Shown: positions 25,426 to 37,730 of the stretch, one piece after another
Layout: the number at the start of each line of letters is the position of its first letter
Position numbering within the stretch: the first letter of the stretch is position 1
Origin: the human T2T-CHM13v2.0 reference genome, Homo sapiens
Assembly (NCBI RefSeq): GCF_009914755.1
Contig: NC_060928.1
Strand: one strand, 5' to 3'
DNA length: 64,000 nucleotides
Notes under the pieces: generated by a model
Databases searched by the model: none
Seen by the model: the letters and a program-made list of their open reading frames with translations, nothing else
What the model was told of the DNA's origin: nothing
Position numbers and translations under genes: made by a program

Positions 25426-26593
25426 TGAATGGATTTCAGGTCTGGAGGCTGGAGGCATGAACATTAATTAAAAGGCTATGACAGGATTCAAGGGGCAAGT
25501 GTTGAAGCTCTCAAAGCAAGATTGGAGGAATATTGGAGAAGCAATTGAAGCATAGAAATAGTTTCATTCTTCAAACACTTATGCTATTCAAAGAAAGTTG
25601 GGAAGGAAGATTAATGTAAGAGTTTATGACAGAAATAGAAATAGCACAGACAATATTGAAGCAGGTATGTTTTATAGGTAGAAACGTGATTAGATTATAA
25701 ATGAGATAATTCAGGCTTAAATACGAAGACTGAGGAGACACGAATACAGAAGTCCTTGAAACCAAGATTTAAAAAAAAAAAAGTTATGAAAGATTGAGCC
25801 TAAAGAAAAAAGAACAAAAAGCTAAGAAAAAGTCAGCTTTTATTTGTCTAGCTGTGTACATCGAACATTTGCTGTGCATCAATGTGTAATGCTTTTTAAA
25901 TACACTGGCTAATTTCACCCTCATAATAAATGTGTGGTTGATGGACATTGGAAGAAACTGTGTAAAAACTCTTAGGATACTTTAGAAACAAGTTCAAATG
26001 GTTCACACAAGGGTAAACTTAAGAAAAAACCTATATCAAAAGCAATTTCTCACAGAAAGGAAACCAAACTGGAACCACGGACATCCATGTAAACAGGAAT
26101 AGCCTAGCCTGCCTGAGAGCCTCAGGTGGAAGATGCTGGATCTGAGGTAGCCTTGGATTTTACTATGCCAGCCAATAATGCATCCATGTAAGTCCAGCAC
26201 AAGGTCTCTTACACAACCTCCACTTAAGCTCATTAAGTGAACAAGCATTCTCTATTTCCTCTGAAAATGTGTAGTGACTGATGCTCATTCTTCTTGAATG
26301 TTCTGGGCTCGTAGGCTACATTCAAGTATGCCCTCTCACTTGAACTTCCACATGGCAGATGAAATATTTAGCAAGAGTCGGTTATTAATTTCTCAAATCT
26401 GTTTCTATCAGTCATTCTCTATTGCAACTGGGTCATTTAGTTAACTATTATATAACAGACTAAGTATGCACGTGAAAACAATTGTTTCCACTAAAGTCAA
26501 TTTGGAAGACTATATAAAGATTATTGGAGTTGTGGATTCTTTACTTCCCAAATTAGGACACAGGAGTTAGGCAGATGGGGATTAAAATGTCGG

Positions 26594-26686
26594 TGTTACC
26601 ACTAATAAAACCAAGGTAGGCATATGGAATCCAGTGGTGACACCATTGGGTTCCATACACCTATCATGGTTTTATTAGTAATAACA
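26594..26686. repeat. 93-bp imperfect palindrome (46-bp arms, 1-nt centre); possible ancient MITE
   Basis: The left arm 26594-26639 matches the reverse complement of 26641-26686 at 38/46 positions with no gaps. Confidence 0.9.
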
Positions 26687-27664
26687 GTGGTGCATCATTC
26701 CAGAATTTCAGAGGCATGCTTGTGGAATAATAGATAGCTCTGGGCAACTGGTAGCCTTCACCACAGAGTTGGAAAACGTATTGCTGTGAAGAGGCAGGAG
26801 ATGTGTCAATCCTGTGGAAAGGTTGGGTTCACAAGAGAGAAAGAAATTATCTTGTCTGAGTCAGTTCAGCTGCTTCTCCCCAGTTCAACCATGCCTTTCC
26901 TTCTGCTACCTAATGGTAAAGGTCGTCAGTAGGGCTGACTGTAACTTATTTCACATGGAAACACGACCACGGAAGTGGAGACCCTGCTGGTAAATCCAGG
27001 TCACATGCACAGACATATATAAACTCTAACATTAGGTATAGGCAAGACAACTACCAAATACTTAGGGAAAATTATTGAAATCTGGATGGAATTTAGACTT
27101 AGATTGAAGTTCCAGTTCAACTCTAAAGGAATCACAACCACAAATTACAGGCAATTTATGAGAGTGTGTTTAATGCAGGAAAAGAAGAACACTAGAAGCC
27201 AATTCAGTGAACTCCACTCAGAGAAAAGCTCTTGACTCTATGAAACATTGACAAATAGATGCATATGAATATGTTTTGAGTGGTAATAAAATATTAAGAT
27301 GTGAATCACTTTTATGATTTCTCCTTTTTAACTGACTTTCTAAAGTTAACCTCACTACTGCTTCCAATCACATTGGACAAGACAGCTTCTCAGTGATCAA
27401 AAAGCTCATTGCTTCTCAAGTTTTTTGTTGCATTCATAAAAAAATTAGCATGGTTAATATATCACCTTGAACTATAAAGGGAAAACATTGTCACGTGATC
27501 AACACTAGGCTCATTTATTCTTTTTGTCATTCTTCCAAAACCATGGGGCTATCTTCTTTTGCCAGGTACTGGGATAAAAATGAGAATTAATAAGACTTAA
27601 CCTTAATTTCGAGTCATCCATAATTTTGTATTTTTATAGGGAGTATTTATTTGATAAACCATAC

Positions 27665-28148
27665 TGTGCCAGTATAGTAGCGCAAGTCTTCTGAGAAGCA
27701 GATGCCAATATGTGACGTTATGTGCAGGGACTTTATTAGGGGGAATACCTATGAGTGAAAATGGGGAGGGAGCAGAGAGGTTGGGAGAGTTTCAGACTGT
27801 GATATTTTGGTCTAACTCAAAGTGAAGAAGGGAGAGGAGATGGCATTTTGCAGTCTAAAGAAGGTGCGGCAAGCCAGACGCTGTGGCTCACGCCTGTAAT
27901 CCCAACACTTTGGAAGGCTGAGGCAGGCGGATCACCTGAGGTCGGGAGTTCAAGACCAGCCTGACCAACATGGAGAAACCCCATCTCTACTAAAAATACA
28001 AAATTATCCGGGTATGGTGGCACATGCCTGTAATCCCAGCTACTCGGGAGGCTGAGGCAGGAGAATTGTTGAACTCGGGAGGCGGAGTTTGCGGTGAGCT
28101 AAGATTGTGCCACTGCACTCCAGCCTGGGCAACAAGAGCAAAACGCAG

Positions 28149-28183
<35 letters not shown>

Positions 28184-28420
28184 AGGTGCAGCAAGGCTGC
28201 TGGGAGTTACGAGTCACGGTGCTCCAAGAGGGGAAGCCAGGCTCCCAGGAAATGACTTGTCTGTGTATGCTGCCATGCTCAGTCATTGGCTGGGAGTCAC
28301 CAGTGGGAAGCCCGGCCTTGGAGCTGAGGCTGTGATGAATTTCAGAGCCCAGTAGCTGGGGCCCTTTGTCAATTACATTCTTGTAGTTGATCTAAGAGGT
28401 GCATTCTCACGGCCACTGCA
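27665..28420 (-). mobile_element. ERVL solo LTR (LTR16A/B-like) interrupted by an Alu
   Basis: Minus strand starts tgcagtggccgtgagaatgcacctcttagatc and contains ctcccagccaatgactgagcatggcagca. Plus strand shows gagaagcagatgcc...actttattaggggg. Confidence 0.75.
27872..28178 (+). mobile_element. Alu SINE (AluSp-like)
   Basis: gtcgggagttcaagaccagcctgaccaacatggagaaaccc, long A tail, and a 15-bp TSD aaagaaggtgc(g/a)gca. Confidence 0.97.
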
Positions 28421-28529
28421 ACCAGGTCCTGAACATTAAAATTTAAAGAGTCTAGATAATGGATGCTCATTGTGGGAAATCAGAAACATACAAGTAAACA
28501 ATATGTTTCCTTTGTTTCTTCCTCCCCTT

Positions 28530-29010
28530 TCATCCATTCACCTCTGAATTATCTTTGTAGAATGCAAAGCTAATCATTTTTCAGATGCCAACTATCTTCA
28601 ACAAAAATTCCCTGATTGCTGCTTTCTCTCCTGCCTTTGGCCCTTTCCTTTGCCAGAAGTTGCCGTATCCAGTTCCTTTACTCTTCCATTTCCTCTATCA
28701 ATGGGTTTCTCATCCTTGAAATGTCAAAAGGATTAAACAGCTGACACCTCCTCTAAGAAGGCTTCTGTTCTTCTCTGCAACCCCCACCCCCATTCTTCTT
28801 TTAATCAGATTCTTTTCTATGCATTTCTGCATCACCCTGTAATTATTTGCCAGATGTGTCTGTTGGCTTACTTGGTGTTCCCTCACTTAAGACGGTGAGC
28901 TCCTTGAGAGTAAAGATATGTTGTATTTACCAGGATTTCCAGCATCCAGCAGTGTTTGAAACTTGGTAGGCGCTAAATCACTGGATGACAACTAAACAAA
29001 TGAATGAACA
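28530..29010 (+). mobile_element. L2 3' fragment
   Basis: gaatgcaaagctaatc...cacctcctctaagaaggcttct...gtgagctccttgagagtaaag...ttggtaggcgctaaatc...aaatgaatgaa. Confidence 0.65.
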
Positions 29011-32000
29011 TGCACATGTACACTCCTCGGCAGTTTCAGAAGACAAGACATTGTTGCATGGAACATAGGGAAAATATATCATTTAGTGATGGTGGTGATG
29101 ATTCCCATTTTGTCTGTGAAATAAGTTATTCTGGCTACTACAGCTTATAGTAAGAGTGGCTCTTCCCTAAAGAAAAGCAATGTGGATATACCACTCTGCA
29201 CTTTATTTCTGTAAAATGCTTTGCTATAACATTCCATCCAAATCCTCCCAGCATCCCTTTGATGACTTACACCTCTTCCAGCTGAGACCCTGTGAGTCCA
29301 AGCTCCCCTGTCATGGTGAGTGGTGGTTCCTACTGTGCTGGGGAGGACACTGAAGCAGATGGCAGTTAGGCGACTTTCTACATAAGTGCCATCGTTGCAA
29401 ACGGCAGAGTCAGTAGTGGAGTTCATGACCCCCGATAGTCCTCCCTACTCTACCTGTCAGGTCATAATTTTCCTACAAGCCCTGGATGTTAGGCAATGAG
29501 AACTAATGATATGAATGTTTCCTACTGACCAGAGTATTCCTGGGCCTCATACACTGAGCCCATCACCATCAGGTAAGAAAAAGATTGGGGGCAGGGGAGG
29601 TCAGGCAGATCGAAGCACAGTTCTGTTGATGTGATTCCCATAGAAAGTCGGCTATATTTATGGAGGTTTGTATTTAGGACCTTTCAAGGAATTTTCAATT
29701 ACTTAAGAAATAGAGCACCTTATTTATTTTAAATCCATTTGGCAAGTATTAATGGCTCTATTTGATTGCCTGAGTCCCCCATCCTGCTCCACTCCACCCC
29801 ATTCCAAAATAAAGCATAGCCAATCATATCTCTGTGTTAAAAAAAAAAAAATACCTCCTTGATTCTTTAAAATATTGACTGTATGGGTAATTGTGGTATA
29901 AATGTGTTCAATAGGCAAATAATTTTCTTTAGGAGGGAAATTAATGATACAACATTGCGGTATGTTGAGTAAATTTAATTTATTCATTCTATTACTTTCC
30001 CTCTTAACAGGGATAATTTAAAGTCAATAGTAGTCTCATTTTAAAACCTGTGAATTCTCAAATCTTCTAATTTAATTATGGAATTGAAAGAGATGTCAAA
30101 TCATTTTGAGTTTACATTTGTATAAAGTAAATAATGTGCACACGACTTGGGTAATAAATGACGTATCTCTCAAGTATTTCTAATTGACTTCATTCACACA
30201 TTTTAATTCTTTATTCTCAGACTGTGCAATCATTAATATCATATTTCCAGGATAATAGTGTCTGTGAGCTCATGTACATTTCCTCCACCTCTGTTCCTAA
30301 AGCTAGACCAGCCAGGCTGTTCTGTTGTAAACTTTTATTGGCAGGGGTTCATAATTCAGCTGTAACATTTCATGCTGGGCTGCAATTCACTGCACAAACC
30401 CTTTGCCCTGAAGAGCTTATGTTACTACAAAAACAATCGTAAAAATCCATTTTTTCTCTTTTTAAGTAGGCCAGAAAAATGGTATCGTAAGAAACGCTAT
30501 TCTTAAAAAAAATAAAAAAGACACTTTCTAAAAATAAAAGTTGGTGAATGAAACGATCTGTTTAGTACTGAGCTTTCATCACCCCTCACCCATCGAAATA
30601 ACTTTCATATTGTAACAATGGAAAATTTACACTTAAACAGGTGCAACTTGCTCCATGGTGCTCAGGGTGCATAAAAAGTCACCTTTTTTCTTATTTTTCT
30701 AAGTCAGATTAAATCCAGCGTGAGGTCACTGTCATCAAGGTTGACAAGAAGTCCAATAACAGTCAATTTGGAGTGCCCTCTCCTGCCCTTGGGCTGTGGT
30801 AGCATGCCAGGGCTTATGCAGTCCAGAAAAAGAGTAAAGGTCCCAGAGCTAGGTGCATGCTTGCCTTTGATCCTTGCCCAGGCAGCTTGTTTTATTGGCA
30901 ATATCACCGCCACCTTTGCCATCCATGCCAAGCTCAGTAATGGGCTCTTTGAGAAGGCTCCATAGGTCACAATGCTTATGATGCCAACCGCGTTGGAGGT
31001 CCCTGACCCTCAAGGATCCCAAAACACCAGCATGCACCCACACATCCATGCACACTTCTTTCACATCCAAAACATCTCTCTCACTCCCTGCCCCTCAATT
31101 TCCTCTTTACCCAGTTTCCAGTCTGCAAGGAACGAGCAATACTTTGATAGTGATTTTTGGAGTATATGAGTTTATTCTCCTCTGACTCTGAACCACAAAA
31201 CCATTCTTTATTTTTTACCCTCTCACTGTTATTAAATGTGTTGAGAAGAAGGAGGTAGAAGATGATTTCAATCTTCCTATTTTTTTCTACTTCAGAAAAA
31301 GAACACCAACACATGTTTTGTATTAGTAGAATCACCCTTGCACATAATCAAGTCCTATTTTACTTTAACATTCTCAGCACTGGGTGAGGACTCATGCTAT
31401 GTAGGTTATGGTTTTAAATTTGCAACTACTTAGCCCCTGTCTTTGACTGTGTGAGGGAACTCCTGATCTCATTTTCTTCATTTATAAAATGCAAGGCATG
31501 AATGATCTAATTCTATAAAAGTAGAATGATGTGTATTCTACAAAATTTCTTCCCACCTAAAAATCTCAAATTATGAAATACTTGTAGCCTAATAATTTCT
31601 GAGTCACTTCCTGTGTTCAGTTTTGTTTTCATATCTAGAGATTTTTAATTATCACCCAAAAATTTGAATGTGGCATAATCGATATTATTTGTTATTTTGA
31701 TGGTAATCATGAAGCACTTCTTCTTAACAAAACCAAATCAACAAGTAACAAATGAATAAAGGAATTTCATAAGACCTTTTGGAAAACTTAAAGATCTAGG
31801 TGTAATGAATAGGATATGTGGTCTCTTCAAAGAAAGACCATAATTAGGATAAGATTTCATTGTTCAGGTTACTGCACTGTGTGTCAAAAATCGTGAGCTG
31901 CTCCAAGACATATGTGAAAGTCAACACAGACTTTCTCAAATGCTTTGAAGTAGCCCTTTCCTTCTACTTCAGCAGATTCCTGCAGATTCATGTCAGCATA

Positions 32001-32659
32001 TCTATGAAGGCTGCATATTAATTTTGCAAGTTCCCTTCACTTTGGGACTGATATACCAACCTGCAAATGCAACCTCCCCCAAAGACCAGGCTGCTCGTTG
32101 CTGTTTTGAACTTAAAAGTTGTTGCTATGTATCCCCTACTTAATTAGACAGCGAGGGCACCTTTCAAAGATACCCCAATTTCAAAAGAGACAGAGAGATG
32201 CAAGGGAGAGTGAGTGGGAGAGAAAGAATGTACTCGGTGAAGTCTGAGATGCCCTTCAAAAAATGAAAGATGGGACATGAACATGGCAGACATTCATTAA
32301 CATTAATTTATTACATTGAATCCTCAAGTTTCTGGTCCATGATAAGTGATAAATGACAATAGGTCCCTACTAGCAGAACCTGAAGCATAGCTGCTATTAA
32401 CATACCCTAGCACACCTTTAAACAAGGCAAATGCTGAGGTATAGCAGCACTGAATGAAGGAAGTTAGAGGTAGCTAAGAATGGGTAGATAGCAGTCTGAG
32501 AGGAAAGACAAGTTATAAATCTTGGAAAATTGTGATTTGTTCCATCATTTAGTCTTTCAATATAATGGTTTGTATCTATATTTAATCTTTTGATCTTCTA
32601 TCTATAAATGCATTATCATCCATGGGTGACCGTGATGATGGGGGAGGGATTCAGGCTGG

Positions 32660-33060
32660 GGACAGTGGTGGATGCCTTCTGTTAACCACCCTACACCTCC
32701 TATCAATGCCTTTCTCTCCATGGCCCATGCCTCCAGGGGCAAAGGGGACTGGCTTCCCTTGATCTCAGGTTTGCTGTTGGGATTGGCCAATGAGGAGCAT
32801 CCATAGGAGATAGGAAGACCTGGACCCTCCACAGAGGTCACCTGCCTGTCAGACCACTCGCTCCCCAGAGCCACTGTCCCTTTGCGCCTTTAGAACTAGG
32901 TAGTAGGGGCACTGGTTACTACTCTTGGAATTCTGCAATATCATTTGTGGGTTCCTTCTATCCTGCCCATACTTCCGTCAGCGCTTTTTAGAATTATTAA
33001 CTCTTCTCCAATAATCCAGTTTTAATGTGCTGTCTGTTTCTCTTGGAATCTTGAAACACA
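32660..33060 (+). mobile_element. ERVL solo LTR (LTR33-like)
   Basis: ctgttgggattggccaatgaggagcatccataggagat and the 3' end ttaactcttctccaataatccagttttaatgtgctgtctgtttctcttgga. Confidence 0.65.
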
Positions 33061-33396
33061 CAGGACCAGGAAGGCTTTCTGAAGGAACTACATAAAGAGT
33101 TACATCTTGAAGGTGTTAGGAGTGTATGGGAGAACACGTTGGAATAAGATGCAAAGGAAAAACGAGATTTCAGTCAGAAATAGCAAGGTGTGAAAAAAAA
33201 GGGAAACGGCTGGGTTTAGGTAACAATAAAAGGGAAGAATGTACTATTTACTGTTTTTAAGGTGTATTACAGACTCCAGACTTATGGCAATTATTTCAAG
33301 ACGTTTGCCTACTAGTAAGCTCTTTGCGTGGTGAAAAGAAAAATCCAACTCCCATACTTTACCTTTATGTGATATTACATTGCGCAACCTACAAAA

Positions 33397-33415
33397 CTGC
33401 CACCAGGTGGCGCTC
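33397..33415 (+). promoter_or_regulatory. Candidate CTCF binding site
   Basis: ctgCCACCAGGTGGCGCtc matches the CTCF core CCASYAGRKGGCRS at every position. CpGs are retained locally and a C/EBP-type ATTGCGCAAC lies at 33379-33388. Confidence 0.75.
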
Positions 33416-34439
33416 ACGCAGTAACTTTGGAGCAGCAGCAAGCAGTGAATGTTAAAGACGCTGAATTGGAAATATTACTGTCGAACAGATGTTCTTGTCT
33501 TTGATGCTGTATCTAAGTTAAGGTAGAAATGATGAGGTCAAAAAGGCTAATAAATTTATTATGTGGTGGAAAAGTTATTTCTCCTTGCCTATGAGACAGA
33601 AAAGCCATTATTTTTAAAGCATAATGCTAGCTGAGCTTTGTTCACTGTGACACAAAATTCTCCTAATCCTCCTCCTACTTTTATTATTCTTTGTGTGATA
33701 TGTGTCTTTGGTTGTGAGTAAAGAAGAAGAGATTATAGTAGTTGCTGTAAGCTGACTGCTTAAGAGTTCAGTAAATTTAAATAAATCTGTTGCAGAGAAA
33801 AACATGCCTTGCACTGATCATCCAACGGTGAATAAAAAAATGTAGACAGAGCATTTATGCAAAGAGGCAAATGATGTGCGAGAATGGCACTGCCCGTAAA
33901 CAAAGCAGACAGTTTGACAAAAGTGTTTTTCCCCCACTTTGATCAAATAGACTACAGTATCTTTGCATCCAACTTGTCAAAGTGCAGAATCTGTTTTCCA
34001 TCTCTCTTTATTCCTACCTTCACCCAATCCCCACCATTCTTTCATTCAGGTCTCCTCCCTGAAGTGAAATAGGCTGTTAGTAGACTGTAGTTGATAGCAT
34101 CCAACTGCAGATAATGAGCAATGCAACAGAAATGTCTTGGGTTCTTGTTCTTTCTCTCACCTTCTTCCCCAGCGACAAGGTCTGCAGACTTTCATGGGTA
34201 AATTCTGTTACAGGGAGAGTGAGGAGGCCAGATAATTGCCCAAGCTGCCTCTTCCATAGATTGATATTAGGGACCTTGTCCTCACCATTTCACACCTGGA
34301 GACCTGCTGACTTATCCAGTATCAGATGAAGGATTTATGCACACAACTGTGAGTGTGGGGAATTCTCAGGAAGTGAATTGTTTACACCAGAAGATTCACA
34401 CTCAGGATGTCAGTAAATATTACCCCAATTACTTTTGCA

Positions 34440-34600
34440 CCAACCTAATACTAATCAACCCCAGAGATGAGGTTTAGCATCCCCATTTTACGATGACAAG
34501 AATCGAATGGACAGAGAGTTCAAGGGATTTACACAAGATGTGCAGCTACAAGGAGACGGAGGCCAAATGTGCATGCGAATTAAAATCTCAAATGACTAGA
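34440..34600 (-). mobile_element. MIR SINE
   Basis: catccccattttacgatgacaagaatcgaatggacagagagttcaagggatttacacaagatgtgcagct. Confidence 0.6.
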
Positions 34601-34811
34601 GTGGAAATTGAAAGAGGATTGAATAAAATTGAGCTCTTCTTTTCCAACAATCACCCTTCTGGTAAAAAGGTACCAGAGTTTGTGACCCATATGTATCTTA
34701 TTTCAGAAAAGATTTATTGGGAAGGAGGATATTTTTGTCCAGCTTTTGGATTAGGCCAGTGATCTAAATGGGCTGACGAGAAGTAGTGACAATAATCACA
34801 TCTACTAGACA

Positions 34812-35213
34812 GAGCATCTGTAAGGGCATGAAACCTGGGCAGTTGCTGCGCTTACTGGGGCCCTGTGCTTGGCTTAATGCTGTGCTGTCACTGTCTTGAA
34901 ATTCTTAATAATTTTTTTATTATACTTCAAGTTTTAGGGTACATGTACACAATGTGCAGGTTACATATGTATACATGTGCCATGTTGGTGTGCTGCACCC
35001 ATTAACTCATCATTTAGCATTAGGTATATCTCCTAATGCTATCCCTCCCCCCGCCACCCCACAACAGGCCCCGATGTGTGATGTCCCCCTTCCTGTGTCC
35101 ATGTGTTCTCATTGTTCAATCCCCACCTATGAGTGAGAACATAATAATTTTTGAACAAGAGACCCTACATTTTCTTATTGTACTGGGTGCTGCAAATTAT
35201 GTAGCTGGTTCTG
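34812..35213. mobile_element. MER53 DNA-transposon relic split by an L1PA insertion
   Basis: ggccctgtgcttggcttaatgctgtgctgtcactgtcttgaaattcttaataattttt | gaacaagagaccctacattttc...gcaaattatgtagctggttctg, matching the recalled MER53 consensus. Confidence 0.75.
34917..35141 (-). mobile_element. Young L1PA (approx. PA2-PA5) 3' end, 5'-truncated
   Basis: ttattatacttcaagttttagggtacatgtacacaatgtgcagg...cccacctatgagtgagaaca. 11-bp TSD taataattttt at 34906-34916 and 35142-35152. Confidence 0.93.
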
Positions 35214-36779
35214 CCGATGGTATTTTTCTCTTTTGACCATTGCTGGATAAACATAAATACTTTCTCTTCCTCCTTGGTTCCCTCTGGAACCTTTCAGACA
35301 GCCCCCAGAAAATTCCGTTAGCAAGTTATTTCCTCAGACAGATAGGCTGGAATGCAACAATTAGGTTGTAGCTTACATTGCTGTTCTTGAAATAGCTGCT
35401 TCCTTTTTGCATTTGACAAATCCACGGTGAGCACCCACTCTGTGCCAGGCACTTGCCAAGTCGAAGGTGGTTTCCCAGTTGTTCCTAGCACTGCTTTCTT
35501 CAGCCTTCTCTAACGGAAGGGAAGCTCTCGTAGCTTACTACTCTAAGCCATGCTATGCTCCTACTAGATTTCCCTCTCAGAGAATGACCTTTCCTGATCT
35601 TGTCCCTCAGCGCTGAAGACATCCTATTAATTCCCCTTTGCACTGCCTACAATTACTACCAATGGCAGCTACTGCGCAGCCAACTGAGAAATGAACCCCC
35701 ATGGAAATTGCCATCCTTGCCCAAGGCTAACAGAGGTCTCTGGCAGGTCCTGGTGGACTTGTGAAATATTAAATATGTTCCATATTCTTTGTACATTAAA
35801 AAGTCAAATCTGAGAAATCTCCTTATGCATTAAGTATCTGTGTCTACATGATATTACACTCAGCACTCAGCACTGTAAGAAGAGATTTAGTTATAGTCTT
35901 ATTTCCGTAGAATCTGTCAAAAGTAGACCATGAGCCTAAACAAATCTGAATATAAAGACAATCTATATAAGGGCAAAAAATGCAGACAATTGAGCAATGC
36001 AAAACATTGGTTAATGTAACTTGCTGTCCATTTCAAGAACAAGTGCATTAGCAGAGCAGTGAGGAGTGAGAGAGCCTTAAGTGGCTAATGCTCACACCCG
36101 ATGGTGCAGAGGGAAGCTATTAGACCTTTTCCAAATAGTTCTGGAAGACTGTGTACAGGAGCTGGGATTTCATGAGCTATTTGGATGCTAGAAGAGAGAT
36201 AGCTTGGCAGACAGAAAGAGAGAGCATTCCAAGAATATGGCACAGTTTGGAAAAGGCTTGTGTGGAATGACTAGGTGATGGAGATATTAAGCCAATTGGC
36301 TTGAACTGAGTGGGGGCTCCTTCCAAGGAAGGATTTCAAATTTGATTCAAAACAAAATAATGGCTTTCTGTAACATTATTATGACAACTAACAATATATT
36401 TTTGAATCCAGTGTGTGCTACACAAATCCAGACTCAGGTCCTGGAGTTCCTAGGATAAGAAGTCTCCTGAGTAATGATGGGAGAATAAGACACGGGAAAT
36501 AACAGCATCAGCTACCCTCAGGCATAAGCATGGCTACCCCCACTCCACCTACTCCAATCCATGGAGCCCAAGAAGCAAACCGGCAGGACAGCTACTATAG
36601 AAGGAGAAAGGGTTGTCCTCAACCCATTGCTGGGAGGAAAGAGAAATGGGGCCTCAGTCTTGGCATCCCTGCTCCTGTCTTTGGTGTTGTGTTCATGAGC
36701 ACTGAAGTTCTGAACACAGGGCTCAGGGGCCCTGGGCCTTGAGAGGAAGGCCACGGTCTATACCTGCCTTGTGTTTCAC

Positions 36780-37260
36780 TTCAAAACCTAAGTAAGAAGG
36801 TATTTATCGACTGCCATGCTTTTGAAAATTCTAAGAATATTTGTCGCTTTAAAGAAGCTTATCAGCTAAATGAAGAGAGAACTCATATCCATTTGAGAAG
36901 TTACAGAAGGACAATAAAATTAAGAACTGTCACAAAGAGACACTCTTGCCTGTCAAATGATGGGATCTGACAAGTGTGGAGGAAGGCAGTATTACTTTAG
37001 GTTGGAAAGACCATTAGGCGGAGCTAGAATATGAGTGTGTCTTCAAGAATGAGTCAAATTTAAACAACCAGGTAGGGCAGAGCATTGTGGGAAGGCACAA
37101 AACCTCAGAGGAAAAACATGGTGGCCAGAAAGGCAGGTCAAGATGGAAGGGCACTACCATGCTGTCCAAAGCAGAAGGGCCTAGAGGACGTCAGAGGGAG
37201 AGGAGGCAGGAGAGGAGGTGAGGGCTTCATCCACGACAGGAAATTGAGCTCATTTCCTCT
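36780..37260 (-). mobile_element. Degenerate L2 fragment
   Basis: tatttatcgactgcc...gagtgtgtcttcaagaatgagtcaaattt...gggcagagcattgtgggaaggcac. Confidence 0.45.
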
Positions 37261-37389
37261 GTTGTTGCAAGGAATGAACTCATCAGAGATCAGCACTTTT
37301 TGCCCAAGTTCTGCGAAAGAAAAGTTTATATTTTGAAAACCTTTAATAAGTTATTTTTTCCCTTTCCTAATACAGTGTTGAATTGCCAG

Positions 37390-37730
37390 TGCATAGCGGA
37401 GGTAAATCATCCACCCAATGAGATGATTTTGCTAGCACCATCTGAAGAGCTACCAGATAATTTGTCTTTGTGAAGGGCCGTAAGCATATTCTTGAGCTCT
37501 GCTACTGCTCCCAGAGCAAGCACCTTGCGGAAGGGCTCTGGAGTGCAGCATTTGGCACGTCCCGCTGCTCCGGCCATCTGCTGCACCTTACAACGTGGTC
37601 TGGCAATTCAGAAGATGGCACGGGCGGCCCGCAATATATCCATATGTTATTCTCCTCCTCCTCGCTTGAGAAACAGAACAGCCATCTTCAAGACACCACC
37701 AGGAATTCCAAGTCACGTGACTTCCTTTGT
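37390..37730. promoter_or_regulatory. CpG-enriched candidate promoter/enhancer
   Basis: 12 CpGs in about 340 bp, outside any repeat I recognise. Perfect palindrome AAGTCACGTGACTT (37710-37723). YY1-type AAGATGGC (37612-37619) and GCCATCTT (37681-37688). Confidence 0.5.
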
